A stretch of DNA of 63,845 nucleotides, counting the filler, from Octopus bimaculoides (lineage: Eukaryota), in the NCBI RefSeq assembly GCF_001194135.2. It is 7 parts of 7 records of this genome, joined end to end, with 100 filler letters (N's around TTAATTAATTAA, not from the genome) between each part and the next. Parts side by side here need not be neighbours in the genome. Positions count along the whole stretch, not along the records: positions 12,433 to 21,639 come from NC_068999.1; positions 21,740 to 47,610 come from NC_068981.1; 5 more parts are not named here. One strand, written 5' to 3'. Shown piece by piece: positions 12,433-25,198 of this stretch. The translations under genes and the position numbers were made by a program. A model generated the notes under the pieces. That model was not told the DNA's origin, searched no databases, and saw only the letters and a list, made by a program, of their open reading frames with translations. How positions within the stretch are numbered: position 1 is the first letter of the stretch; each line of letters opens with the position of its first letter.

Positions 12433-13165
12433 TTTTTATAACCCAGGCTTCTTTGTCTGCTCTCTCCCTCACATATGATTGTTGCAGCCTTTTTTCGATC
12501 TCCATCAGTGTCGTTTTTAGGCGGGACCTTTGGCCATTCTTGGGATGCTGGTTGAGTCGATTTGCAACGTTTGTCCGACGTCTCATGAGGATCTTCCTCT
12601 CCCTTGGAATCTTGTTCCTATTTGTTTTGGCCTTGTGCTCTGGGATATATTTCTGGCTTATGGCTTGCACAATAGACATGAAACATTCTAGTTTCATGTC
12701 AATGTCTGGTGTGGAGAGACATTTTGGCCAATCCTCTCTGAGGATCTCTTTCTGAATTGATTTCCAGTCCGCTTTGTGGAAGTTCAGATTGGAGAGATTG
12801 TGGGTGCTTCCTTTAGGCTGTATGTCTCAGGTTTCTTTTGGCCCATACATAGACAGTTCTATTATGTTGTGATCCGAAACTAATGTCGGTGTCACTTTCA
12901 CATCATGAATGATGTCCGTGTTGTTCGTGAAGCAGAGGTCTAGAATGTTATTCGCTCTAGTTGGTCTGAGAACAGTTTGCTCCATGAATAGGGCATTGGT
13001 GAGGTTGAGCAGGCATTCCACCTGTGCTTGCTTGCGATAAGTCATTCCTGAGAGTATGAGACCTTCGGGCCATTTGACGTTGGGGAAGTTGAAATCACCC
13101 ATAAGAAATATGGTCACATGGTGTTCCAGTTTCATGAGGATTTCTTTAATTCTAGTGAGGCAATC
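12433..13165 (-). mobile_element. CR1/L2-group LINE ORF2 fragment: APE endonuclease plus linker
   Basis: Translation has the APE motifs GDFN, PTR..NILDL and SDHN, continuing after a break into NFHKADW..; both ends run into N gaps. Confidence 0.9.
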
Positions 13166-13603
13166 NNNNNNNNNNNNNNNNNNNNNNNNNNNNNNNNNNN
13201 NNNNNNNNNNNNNNNNNNNNNNNNNNNNNNNNNNNNNNNNNNNNNNNNNNNNNNNNNNNNNNNNNNNNNNNNNNNNNNNNNNNNNNNNNNNNNNNNNNNN
13301 NNNNNNNNNNNNNNNNNNNNNNNNNNNNNNNNNNNNNNNNNNNNNNNNNNNNNNNNNNNNNNNNNNNNNNNNNNNNNNNNNNNNNNNNNNNNNNNNNNNN
13401 NNNNNNNNNNNNNNNNNNNNNNNNNNNNNNNNNNNNNNNNNNNNNNNNNNNNNNNNNNNNNNNNNNNNNNNNNNNNNNNNNNNNNNNNNNNNNNNNNNNN
13501 NNNNNNNNNNNNNNNNNNNNNNNNNNNNNNNNNNNNNNNNNNNNNNNNNNNNNNNNNNNNNNNNNNNNNNNNNNNTATATATATATATATATATATATAT
13601 AAA

Positions 13604-13790
13604 GGAGCACTCCATCGGTTACGACGACGAGGACCCCAGCTGATAAGATCTACGGAAAAGCGTGTTCGTTAAATTTGCCCGCAATTGGCTGAGCACTCCA
13701 TAATGTCATGTACCCTTATTGTCGTTCTCAAGAAGATTCAGCGCCACACAGTCTGTGACAAGACTGGCCCCTTGAAATACAGGTACTACT
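13604..13790 (-). mobile_element. SINE fragment sharing the family-C 3' region
   Basis: GCACTCCATCGGTTACGACGACGAGG..GGCTGAGCACTCCA..GTACCCTTA..TTGAAATACAGGTAC. Confidence 0.7.
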
Positions 13791-14204
13791 CATTTACGTC
13801 CAATAAGTGCACTGACAGGTGTGTCATGTGTCTCTCACAAGAGCCACTGTTATCATGGAATCCTTTAAAACCTGTTGCGTAGTTGGGTTGTCGGCGACTA
13901 AACCCGTGCACCGACCTAGTGAGGAGGGTTGCTAGAAAACCGGCAGGATGAAAAACAATCGTGTTGAAGGTAGGATAAAGCTACTGGAGTCTTAACGGTT
14001 ATCTAGGAATAGCACGAGTACGCAGATATTCCGGGATGGTGTCCGGCGTGCTAGAAGACATCTGGGAGTGAGGCACCCCTCCGCTTCTGTGGAAGCATGT
14101 CTGTAGGAGATGGTCACTCTGATATAAAACCAGATATGCAGGGAATGGCATTAGATATTTTAGGGATATTTGGTTTATGTTAGAGATCATGGCGCTCCCA
14201 CACT

Positions 14205-14310
14205 CCTGAGCCTGCAACTCTCGGAAATGAAAAAAGTCTTTAACGTTTTGAGCCTACGCTCTTCCACTGAAAGGAACACAGAAAGAAACACTGACAGAAA
14301 ATAATTATAT
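14205..14310 (-). mobile_element. Repeat H with degenerate minimal hammerhead-like motif
   Basis: rc of 14238-14273 = CTTT CAGTGGA A GAGC GTAG GCTC AAAA CGTT AAAG; homologous to 52688-52723. Confidence 0.55.
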
Positions 14311-16969
14311 ATAACCGTGGACGACACAAGGTAGGTGAAACTGTGAGCGTGCTTTGCTAAACACACAAATTGACATATACACATTGTGGATTGGTACTCA
14401 TCAATCCCCAAAATTACATACACGCAGAAACACACATCACATCACACAAACACACACTTATAGATAAATAAATATAAGTTTACTTCATAGTTTTCAGGCT
14501 TTAAGATTTTCATAACATACAGTTTTTTTATAGAAGAACGTGAGATGAACGTCATATGATTCGAATTATGATAGCCTTGAGAGCAATGAACTAAAGTGGA
14601 TGGAGATTTTACTTACAAAATTTTAAATGCTACTGTAAGATGACTAATAATTTATGTATGGAAATTCAGATGTTAATTGAAACAATGGCGAAACATACTA
14701 TGACCGAGCACATACCAATGCTTCAGTAAACTATATTTTAGTTGAGATTTTCCTTTTTTTAATGTGATGGTTCACTTACCGGGAGCTCTGGTTGCTATAT
14801 CGAAATGCTCCTCCTAGCTCCAAAAATAATCATTGTTTTCTGCAAGATATCCTCAAATGAAGAAACGTCAGTGAAGTATATGGTGTATTATGTTTAACAT
14901 TTTAATGTGTCACAGTTAATTTCTTCATGTAAAAGAGAAAAAAAAAAGGTTTATCTGTCATTTGTCAAAGACACGTAAAATATTTGCCTAGCAACCATCA
15001 CCAAAAATTTCACCTTTTACAGTTTATGTAAATTTTGCATCGTAATTAAACGATTGAATAGTAGGCACTATGTTGTTACAATATTACCTCAATATAGATT
15101 TCTTTTATTGATTGACCTGGTAACATTGTAGGACATCTATGATCTACAGGGTCAAATACACAGTAAGTAATTGACAAAACAAGATATTCACATTTATTTG
15201 ATATCTACCTTTCATTAAACTTATAAATAAAGTGTTCACTTGAAGTGATTGACTGGTTTCAGATAAACTGTCGTTGATAAATTACTATTCAGGCGCTTCG
15301 TCGGTAATAAAAAATGATCTCTAGTAGGTTTTATCGAGTATCATCACAAATTGAGTGTGCATGACATATTAGAAACAATGTATATAATAATTTCCCTTAT
15401 TAAAACGCATAGGACGCCAATTTTAAGAACACTGATGGCATGCATAATATAATTTACATCCATGTATCGGGAGGTTGCCACATGCTGTTAAAAATGGAGT
15501 TAATACAATAAATAATCAGAAAATATACCTTGAGGTTTTTGATGCTATGTATTTATTAATGTTAATTCTTATTTTACTATATTGACACTTAACATCTCAA
15601 TCATTTATACAGCAAGGAAAGTAATTAAATAATTGTGCTCCCTTTGATACAAAAAGCAAATAATAAGCAGAAATGTGAACCAACAATCTTAAAAATGCTT
15701 GATTTTGCTGCATTGCTTATTCTTGAATATAGCAGCATTGTTTAGAAGTCGATATACTGGAAAATAAGTTTATGAGTAAATGTAACTGAATAGGTATATG
15801 AAAGAAGTTATATAACGTAACACGAAATCTAAACGTTTATATAAAATTTGATTACTTCGTTCAGAAATCAGGCGAGCACAGGTGTGTTATGCACGAAGAT
15901 AGTGTACTGTCTTTCCGAAATCACTAGCATAGACTTTTCCTTCGATCCAACCATAAATAGATACTAATTATTGTTTGAAAAGCAGAATATCTTCGATTCA
16001 CATAATATTAAATTAATAAACCATTAGATCAATTTTCATTCAAAACTATTTTTTGTATCCATGCGAACATTTCTTTGGGTTATCATGATCAGAATTTTGC
16101 TCATAGAAAATACACAATGTGAATTATATGGTGTAAGAAATATTGACCAATTGAAGAAAAGTTTCTGACAATTTGAACACGGCTATTTCAGAAGCAAACT
16201 AGCTTAGCCATTTATATTTTCCAAAGTATCTACAAAGTAAAGAAGGAAGCGACAGTGTTATGCTCTCTCATGTGGTCTATGTTTGAAGCTTAAAGTATTG
16301 AGGACTCGTTAAAGTGCAAAACAAGTTAATGGAATGGATGTTAAAACTTGTGATGAACAATGTTACCCATCCAGGATAACGAACCGTACAGTAGAAAACT
16401 TCGAATACTATGTGTCCACTATATGCGACTCACATGTGTTCATTCAGCCCCATTTAGGGAGTAGTTTGCAAGCAAATCTATTGTCATTGCTAAAGAATTG
16501 TATAAACACATACAGTAGCTTATGCAACGGTCAGGTTTTGTTATTCTCGTATAATTATAAATCCTTTTCCAAAGGATTAAATTCGAAGAAATAGGTGCAT
16601 CAATCCAGTCACATTAACAGTGCAATATTATATTGATCCAGAAACAAATAATCGCAGTGTCTCCCCTTACGGAAAAATTTAATCGTGGAACGTAAATGGC
16701 CGAGACAATGGAAAAGGAAATTTTAGATGCAAGAATGAATCTGACAATTCACAAACCTAAGATGATGATTATTAACACCGTTTATTATCTGTAAGACCTT
16801 CATTATTAAAGGTATGTGATAATTTTGTCAAGGGCATTTTAGTAATTTCCATGCTTATTTCATTTGTACATCAACATTTCTTAAAGCAAACTACTTGTTA
16901 TAAAGAAACTGAATGAACATCTGCTTTAACTAAGTAATTGTACTGATTATGCTTAATATTAAAACAATG

Positions 16970-17180
16970 TAAGTTGACGAAGTGGCACAATAGTTACACG
17001 ACCAGGCAAAAATGCTTTGCTGCATTTTACCGGCTTTACGTTTTGGGTTCCAGTTCCGACGAGGTCAAATTTGCTATTCACTTTTTTCCGGGGTCGATAA
17101 AAAGAGTACCAGTCTAGCGCCAGTTTCGCTATAATCGATTTACTCACTCACCCAAACTTTCTGGCCTTGTGCCAACATTT
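16970..17180 (+). mobile_element. SINE family B, diverged
   Basis: GGCAAAAATGCTT..CGAGGTCAAATTTGC..CGGGGTCGATAAAAAGAGTACCAG. Confidence 0.7.
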
Positions 17181-18410
17181 CAAATCAATATTACGAAAAT
17201 GTAAATTATATTTGGATCGTTGCGTAAAGGGCATTCATGCTTAATTCAAATCATTTTGTGAGAGATGTGAAACTTTTAAACACCTACTTCCTGTGATATT
17301 GTATATATTGCGGTACATGGCCACGATGATTGAGATGAATTGGATGATAATATGTCCAGCCATGATATCATGTCACTCTCTCGCCAATTTTACAATGAAC
17401 GCTGCATTTTTGAATACTCACTCCGCTTTTAAACTTAATACGGCATTCTAAGAGCATGAGTGTGTGTGTGTGTGTGTGTGTTTCAGTGTCAGTGTATGTG
17501 TGTGTGAACACGTGCATGTGCGTTCGTGTGTGTGTTTGCGTGTGTATGTTTGTGTGTGTGATAATTCTAGTTTTACATTTTTCAACGCAAGAGGTCCGCA
17601 TAGGACGTATTCAATAGCAATCTAAGGAATCGGCATTCGACCTACGACATTACTTTCCATATGTATGTTATTATATTCTCTTCAAAAATATCATTAACGA
17701 AAGTCGAAATGACAAAGTGACAGAAGATATTTACTTGTTCAGAGAAAGCGATGTTTGGTGAAAAGACTACGATTTCATGCACATGTAAAGTATTTTATTT
17801 CGAAATCCAGAAGATGAGTATATTATAGTGTCTATGAAGTACATGATCATTCGTAAATAGAGTAAATTCCATATATTAGAAGGAACATGACACCTGGTGA
17901 ATATATGTACAACTTGATGCACCAAGTATAATGGGAAAACTCTCATTAGAAGTGATTTGTATTTTGTTTTAATTAATCGTACTGCTGAAAGAAAGCAATA
18001 TAGAATAAAGCATTTATAAACCATTATGTAGTCTTGACAAATATAAGTACTTGAAATTATATCATTAACTAATTATAATGTCTAGTTTGTTCTCATAGAA
18101 GTTTCGACAACATCACCGTTAATGATATTAATATATAAAAAGGACAAAAATCTCTCAAAACTAAAGTACAAGTTAATATCGCAGATGAGATCCTATATTA
18201 AAATTGTGTATCAATGCAAATTAATTTGACGCAAAATCTAAATATTCTCTTTCGGCATAGCACCCAAATGGACTCTGTAGGAAGCAATACATAATTTGTG
18301 CATTAACACTCCCTAACGTCTCTCCATTCCTATAGTAAATACATTATGCATGCACACACATACACACACATACATATACATACGTTTACATAGATGTACA
18401 TACATGCGTG

Positions 18411-18476
<66 letters not shown>

Positions 18477-19168
18477 TAATTGTATCTATGTTTAAGCCTT
18501 TCGGATGCAGGAAAGAGCAAATAAATTCAAACTGCTTCATACATCCTCAAAATGACACTTCAGTTGCAAATCTGCTGTTCAATTTTTAATATTTCATTCA
18601 AATATTCGTTATTGAGAATCCGGAAGCTTGTAGCTCTTCTTCAAATATCTTATTACATTGTTTAACAGAAATTATAATTGAGTTACCATCGCCACGAGCA
18701 AATTCAAAATAATATCAACACATAGCTGCATTCTTTAAAAGTGTATGGACTAACATTTGAAACAAGAAGTGGGAACTATGTGCTCAGAAATGGTTTCCTT
18801 GGCTTTAAGGTCTAATGATAAGAGGAAACAAAATAAATATATAATTTTAAATCTCGTGAGTAATGTGAATATTTCAAACCAAATGCTCTTCTAATGTGAA
18901 GTGGTTTAATAATGTTTTAGGTATTTAAAAATATCGTAGAGAAAAATAATTAAACGTAGTTAATGATATCTAAAGCAAATCACGTGTAGCACACCAAAGA
19001 AAGAAATTCGAGAGATTTTCATCAGTCAGAGGACTTGCTAAAGATGGCAGCAATATGAAGCTTAATCGTTTTCTACCGTTTTACAAAATGAGCGGGTTTT
19101 GAATATATTAGAATCTAACAGAAGAGTTCATAACTTGCCTTCGTTATATCTCAGATGTCCTCTCTTAC

Positions 19169-19350
19169 CTGAGTCAGTGGTCGAGTCACTATTCCTGAAC
19201 TGGGATGTCGAAGAAGCGTGTCAACTTGTGTGGAAGGCATCTGAGTTATAGAATGGACATAAAACACATCGCAGTGATGGGCACTGTTACCAGGTGGTAT
19301 TGACTGGCTATAGAAGCAAAACGATCAAAAAGGGTCCTGCGCTTCGGCAC
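19169..19350 (-). other. Candidate non-coding exon (182 nt)
   Basis: Acceptor gaattttcag|G and donor CAG|gtaaga; GC-richer than flanks; stops in all frames from the acceptor. Confidence 0.25.
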
Positions 19351-19541
19351 CTGAAAATTCAAATATTTGCCTAGTGATATTACCGTGGTGCACTAGAGGT
19401 GTCATGCCACTAAATCAAGCTCACGGGCAGAACAATCTCATCCAGATGTGAACCGAAACAAGGAGCGAAAGAGAGAGAGAGAATGAGAGAGAGATATATA
19501 GAGAGGGAAACAGAGACAGAGACAGAGAGAGACAGAGAGAA

Positions 19542-19602
<61 letters not shown>

Positions 19603-21739
19603 ACTATCCCTGAAAGTTAAGGTGGACAGTTGATGTTGCTTACACGTCATGTTCTGCTCCACGTCCTGGCTAGAAAGACTCGAGAACTTGTAATTTAGCA
19701 TTATCCGAAAAGGACAGGAAGTGTTGAGCAAATGCATGTTTTGGTGTCATTATCTTCTGCGTGGAGGACTGAGGATGCCTAGGCTAACAAAACGCAGAAT
19801 TCGTTGGGGCGACAGCATTTACAGCACTTCTGTTACAGTGAATCTGTGAGGTGAATCAAAATCTACAATATAAACAACGGAGATCTGAGAATCGACGAAA
19901 GTCAACTAACTGGGTTGCTCCGGAGAGCTTTTCAACGAAAACCAATGTAAAATCCTGACCAGGGAGTGCTATCGGCGTGTATTGCTAGTTTTGGAGAAAC
20001 TATACTAGTATAAGAGTAGCCTTGGTTGGTAATATCTGCAATGCCTGCTGAACAATGAAGTATTGCTGCCTGCATAATATTGTGTAAAATGATGTACCTT
20101 TTATATTACATGCATAATCTAAACGAAGGTATTTATATAGTGTTTTTAACGCCCCTATTTCACTTAAAATTATATATGTGGTCCAGTCTATAGTCAATTA
20201 AATTCTTCTCAATGGGATAGAAACCCTGATGTCATCATGTAACGAATTTATCATTTTCAGACATACACTAACATATTCATAGGTATATAAATGCAATTCT
20301 TTGTATGAATTTATGGACGTACATGTACACACATACCCATTTATGCAATTATGAATAATGCCTGTATAGATGTATGAACAGAGTGACGCCAGAGACAAGT
20401 GAGTGTGAATCATGAGATTGTAGCAATAACATTCCTATGTCTATCAAATTTCCCAGATCTTCAGGATGTTAAATTCAGGCCTAAATGTTTCATCCTGCCT
20501 TTTATTACACTCAGATTTTAGTAGAAATTTCATATGATGATGTTCCTGATAAAACGAGCATATATGACTGTAAAACGCGTTAAACTAATCTTACTTTTAG
20601 CAAAGCTGTATTGTTCTAAATTTATTATCAAGTTGCTGTATTTCAGTACCTGAAATATTTCTACCTCCGGATATTTTTTTCCTTTTGCTTTCGATTTTTT
20701 TTTTACTGCTTGTTCAGCATTGTTCTGTACATAAATGATTTTATGCTGTAAAAGCATAGCTGACCGCTAAGGAATTTCCATATTCATGTACACGTATTAA
20801 CAGTTTGAAACAGATAGTTTACAACTTTTATATTAATATCAACGTTTGCGTGCTATAAAGCAAGTGCAATTCGGAGGATTGCAGATTTGTAGTTTTGTTC
20901 TTCATGATATTATTTTATATTTTGATGGTTCTATTATACGTTCCCTTTTATTATGTTGTATACACTGTTTTGGTAGTATACAATAAGGAACAACTATATA
21001 ACTAGATGTGCTTTCATGAATGTGGTAATGAATTTCTTCTAAAATGGAACTGCGATTTAAAATAATTCGTAGATGCTTTGACTTCGGACAATACAGAAAG
21101 TACATTCAATAGCTATCACCGAATACACCTAACTGAGTATTATGAAGAATATATTTAAGAAGCATTTACACAGAGACACACACACACACACACACATACA
21201 CACACACACACCCACACATTTGCACTCTTTCACTCATGCACTCAGTAATGCACACACATATATGTGCTTCTTTTGCGTGTGCCTGTGTTTATGCTTAAGT
21301 ATTCGTGCTTGTGTGTGTTTGCTTGTGAATTACGTTCATATAACACTCTCTTCCGATCACGCAATCTCAGCAGCGTGGATACTAGTTTTAAATGGCTATT
21401 TGAGAAACTTAGGAATTCTAAGCATCACTCTCCGAGGAGCCTTCCAGTCTCAGTCTAACGGGTTCACTCGCCGGGCTTTAGTTGACCTAGAGATAGAGTT
21501 GAAGACAACAATTGCCTGAGGCGCCAAGGCGTCGTACTGAAACAGGAACCATATGTTTCGGCAGAAGACATACATGTAAGCATACAAACATATATAGATA
21601 GATATACACACTTGTGTATATATATATATATATATATATNNNNNNNNNNNNNNNNNNNNNNNNNNNNNNNNNNNNNNNNNNNNTTAATTAATTAANNNNN
21701 NNNNNNNNNNNNNNNNNNNNNNNNNNNNNNNNNNNNNNN

Positions 21740-21788
<49 letters not shown>

Positions 21789-22187
21789 CACATGCATAAC
21801 AATGCACACTCTCACACACACAGACGCAGACGCAGTGTATAAGACTACGCGAAAAGGCATAAAATAGATACAGGTTAATGCACCGATGATCCCAAATGCC
21901 TAACACCTAACGTCAAATCTTGAGAGACACATTCTAGGTAAACTATAATTAACTGTAAGAAACACATCGTCCGAGCTAATTAATGTTTATAGTGAAAACA
22001 AAAGATGGACAAGCATAAAACATATATAATTAGTTATACATATGTGTTATGTTGTCTTCTATGCTTATAACTTGTTTCAGTCATTGGAATGCAGCCATAC
22101 AAAAAAACCATTGTGAAGGATTTTAGTGAAGTAAGTTGACTACGGTACTCATTTTTAAAACCTGGTGCGTATTTTATCAGTTCCTTT

Positions 22188-22571
22188 GTTGTTGACACTC
22201 CGTCGCTAACGACGTCGAGGGTTCCAGTTGATCTGATCAACGGTACAGCCTGCTCGTGAAATTAACGTGCAAGTGGCTGAGCACTCCAGAGACACGTGTA
22301 CCCTTAACGTAGTTCTCGGGAATATTCAGCGTGACACAGTGTGACAAGGCTGGCCCTTTGAATTACAGGCACAACAGAAACAGGAAGTAAGAGTGAGAGA
22401 AAGTTGTGGTGAAAGAGTACAGCAGGGTTCGTCACCATCACCTGCCGGAGCCTCGTGGAACTTTAGGTGTTTTCGCTCAATAAACACTCACAACGCCCGG
22501 TCTGAGAATCGAAACCGCGATCCTATGACCGCGAGTCCGTTGCCCTAACCACTGGGCCATTGCGCCTCCAC
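22188..22571 (-). mobile_element. SINE family C with 12-bp TSD, inserted in a family-A fragment
   Basis: ATCAGTTCCTTT at 22176-22187 and 22572-22583; (CAA)n tail; intact A/B boxes. Left flank (about 22070-22187) is a family-A 3' segment. Confidence 0.92.
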
Positions 22572-22595
22572 ATCAGTTCCTTTAAATAGCATATA

Positions 22596-22773
22596 AATAT
22601 TCTTTTCTACACTAGGCACGAGGCCCGAAATTTTGGGGGAGGGGGCGAGTCGATTAGATCGACCCCAATACGCAACTGGTACTTAATTTATCGACCCCGA
22701 AAGGATAAAAGGCAAAGTCGACCTCGGCGGAATTTGAACTCAGTATGTAAAGACAGACGAAATACCGCTAAGC
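22596..22773 (-). mobile_element. SINE family B
   Basis: TTTATCGACCCCGAAAGGATAAAAGGCAAAGTCGACCTCGGCGGAATTTGAACTCAG. Confidence 0.9.
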
Positions 22774-23153
22774 TCGTCTCCATGTAGCATGTAAATATTA
22801 TATTGAAAGGTGTTTTCAATCCAATATTTGCATGTTATATTTGTAGATTAACTTCCTCTAAGATTCAACGTTACAATAAGAAATTATTTCATGTCCTCTC
22901 GAAAGAAAGTTTATAAATTTTGTGATGCCAACAATATTTGTGTGCGTGTGCGTGTGCGTGTGTTTGTCTGTGTGTGTGTGTTAGTAAGGAGAAATTAAAA
23001 AGTGAGCGATCAATAGCACATTGGTGAATGAATTTCTTTTAATATTACAGTACTGAAAATATGGTGTTTCATGCGAATATGTTCGCAATTATTCGATGAT
23101 AGTTGAGTGATAGTGGTAACTCAACCATTTTATGAGCCTAAATTACACACACA

Positions 23154-23195
<42 letters not shown>

Positions 23196-23282
23196 NNNNN
23201 NNNNNNNNNNNNNNNNNNNNNNNNNNNNNNNNNNNNNNNNNNNNNNNNNNNNNNNNNNNNNNNNNNNNNNNNNNNNNNNNNN

Positions 23283-23327
<45 letters not shown>

Positions 23328-23705
23328 GGGGGAGAGGAAGAGGGTGAATGAGGGAGAGAATGTGATTCGTAACTTCCTCGTCGTGACGTGTAGTCGGCTC
23401 TTCAGAAAGGGAACATAGAATTGGATGTGTGTGTATCTGTTAGTTTGCGTGTGTGTGTGCATATGTGTTAACAAACCCAATACTAAAGTTCACATAAAAA
23501 CATATGAAGGAAAAATTGATTAATACGGCATACAACCAGGAGAATCAAAGGGGGAAAAAAAGAAACGGACACAGACAGGATTATTGACATCTTACAGGTT
23601 GTTGCGGATAGCTCTTCTTAAAAAGAACTAACCATGGGCTAAATAAAAACAACCTCGACAATAGCGACCAGTATGAACTCGTATATAAACATAAGTTATA
23701 TTTAC

Positions 23706-23905
23706 CAATGGAAGAAAGTTGTCGCCACCTCCAACACTAAGCCCGTTACGGTTCGATATGCTTGGGATAGAACACTTAATCTGTTGCCTGGTTTAACAAC
23801 AATGTCCTCTGGAGTCTTTAGCAAAGCTCACGCTACTTCAATTATTTGGGCCAGGTTTCCAGTTATAAGAGTCAACCTCCCTTGTTCTTACAAGTCTTGG
23901 AGACT
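23706..23905 (-). other. Candidate non-coding or pseudo exon (200 nt)
   Basis: Acceptor actttacactttcag| and donor TTG|gtaaat; GC-richer island; all three frames contain stops. Confidence 0.2.
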
Positions 23906-24000
23906 CTGAAAGTGTAAAGTGCCAAAGAGATTTCCATTGCCACCCTTTTTAAGTTGTTAAAAATAAATGTTTTTCTGTCTTTGAATGAATTATTTCCGCC

Positions 24001-24200
24001 TAAGGCGGTGAGCTGGCGGAGTTATAAGCAGGTAGAATTTCTTTCGGACTAACATTCTGAGTTAAAATTCCGTGGATGTCCCCTTTGTATACCATATTTT
24101 TTGGTCGATAAAATGAGTTACAGTTAAGCACTGGGGGGTCGATGTAATCGGCTAGCCCCCGCCACCAAATTTTCTGTTCTTGGGTCTATAGTGAGAAAAA
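24001..24200 (+). mobile_element. SINE family B, diverged
   Basis: TAAGGCGGTGAGCTGGCG..TTCTGAGTTAAAATTCCG..GGTCGATAAAATGAG. Confidence 0.75.
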
Positions 24201-24655
24201 TACTTTTTTCCCCTATCGACGCAGCAAGCATTCCATATTTCAACTTCTTTAAAAAATGAAGATATAAACCATCGCAAATGATATTCATCATTGTCTTAAA
24301 AATAAAATAGCACGTTGGATGATGCAGCCATAGATATAGAAAAAGACGGGAAGGTCACATTTAGAATACTTTCCAGCGTAGCATGTTTTCCATTGTTTAA
24401 GGACAACTTGTGATTAAATAACAACGTCAGTAAGAGTTGTAGAGAAACTATAACTATTTTAATTATTATTTATGCATATAAATGCAGTGGAAGTTGCTTA
24501 TTATATTCGGAATAATTTTATCAACACCTTATTTCTATCAGTCAGTTATTGTGATCGAAAAGTCTTCGTCCCAAAGTGATCACAATAAATGGTTTCTATC
24601 GTATACATACAGGCCTAGAAACAGACGGATAGACAGGCATTGAGATAGATAGATA

Positions 24656-25015
24656 TGTTTTTATTATAGCCACACAGGGCTGAACACAGAGACTGGACGA
24701 AATACAAGCGTAGAGTTTTTCATTTTCGAGGTGGGCTGGGTGGGACACACAAAGAAAAGTCAAATCAATAGGGATTGTAATCGTTGGGGTGTGTGGTGTA
24801 CAAAAATTATAAATCTTCCCAAAAACGGGAATAAATATTGTTTACAATTTAGGTGTACCCTTGGAGAGAAAAACCTACAAAAAAGCACCAGGCAGTTCAA
24901 AATGTACATAAAAGTAAGTACCTTTTCTCTCGTTTTCTCTTTTTGTTACAAATTAATGCTTAAAATGGTGTCGTCTTTCATACTCACCATTCTTGCCACA
25001 TTTACCTATTTTTTA
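24656..25015 (-). mobile_element. 5'-truncated non-LTR retrotransposon 3' end with 16-bp TSD in (GATA)n
   Basis: TTGAGATAGATAGATA at 24640-24655 and 25016-25031. Minus strand encodes KK*VNVARMVSMKDDTILSINL*, then a UTR and AATAAA near the 3' end. Confidence 0.7.
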
Positions 25016-25147
25016 TTGAGATAGATAGATAAATAGATAGATATGTGAGTGTAGATATATACTAATTTCAAGTGTACATATTGAAAACTACGTTTCAGTT
25101 GAACTCACAACACTCACACACAACAATGCCTACACGCGTACACACGC

Positions 25148-25198
<51 letters not shown>

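Noticed and set aside
13860-14200. Possible RTE-LINE fragment (GTPPLLWKHVCRR; DI-LGV)
   Set aside because: Motif matches are short and point to different parts of the protein; too weak to call.
16334-16594. 86-aa ORF with protein-like composition
   Set aside because: No recognisable motif, no supporting splice structure, and the length is within chance.
23673-23909. KPVTVRYAW resembling the sialate O-acetylesterase PVAVRYAW motif
   Set aside because: The downstream NP..LY..LPA.PF pattern is absent and there are no plus-strand splice sites; likely chance.
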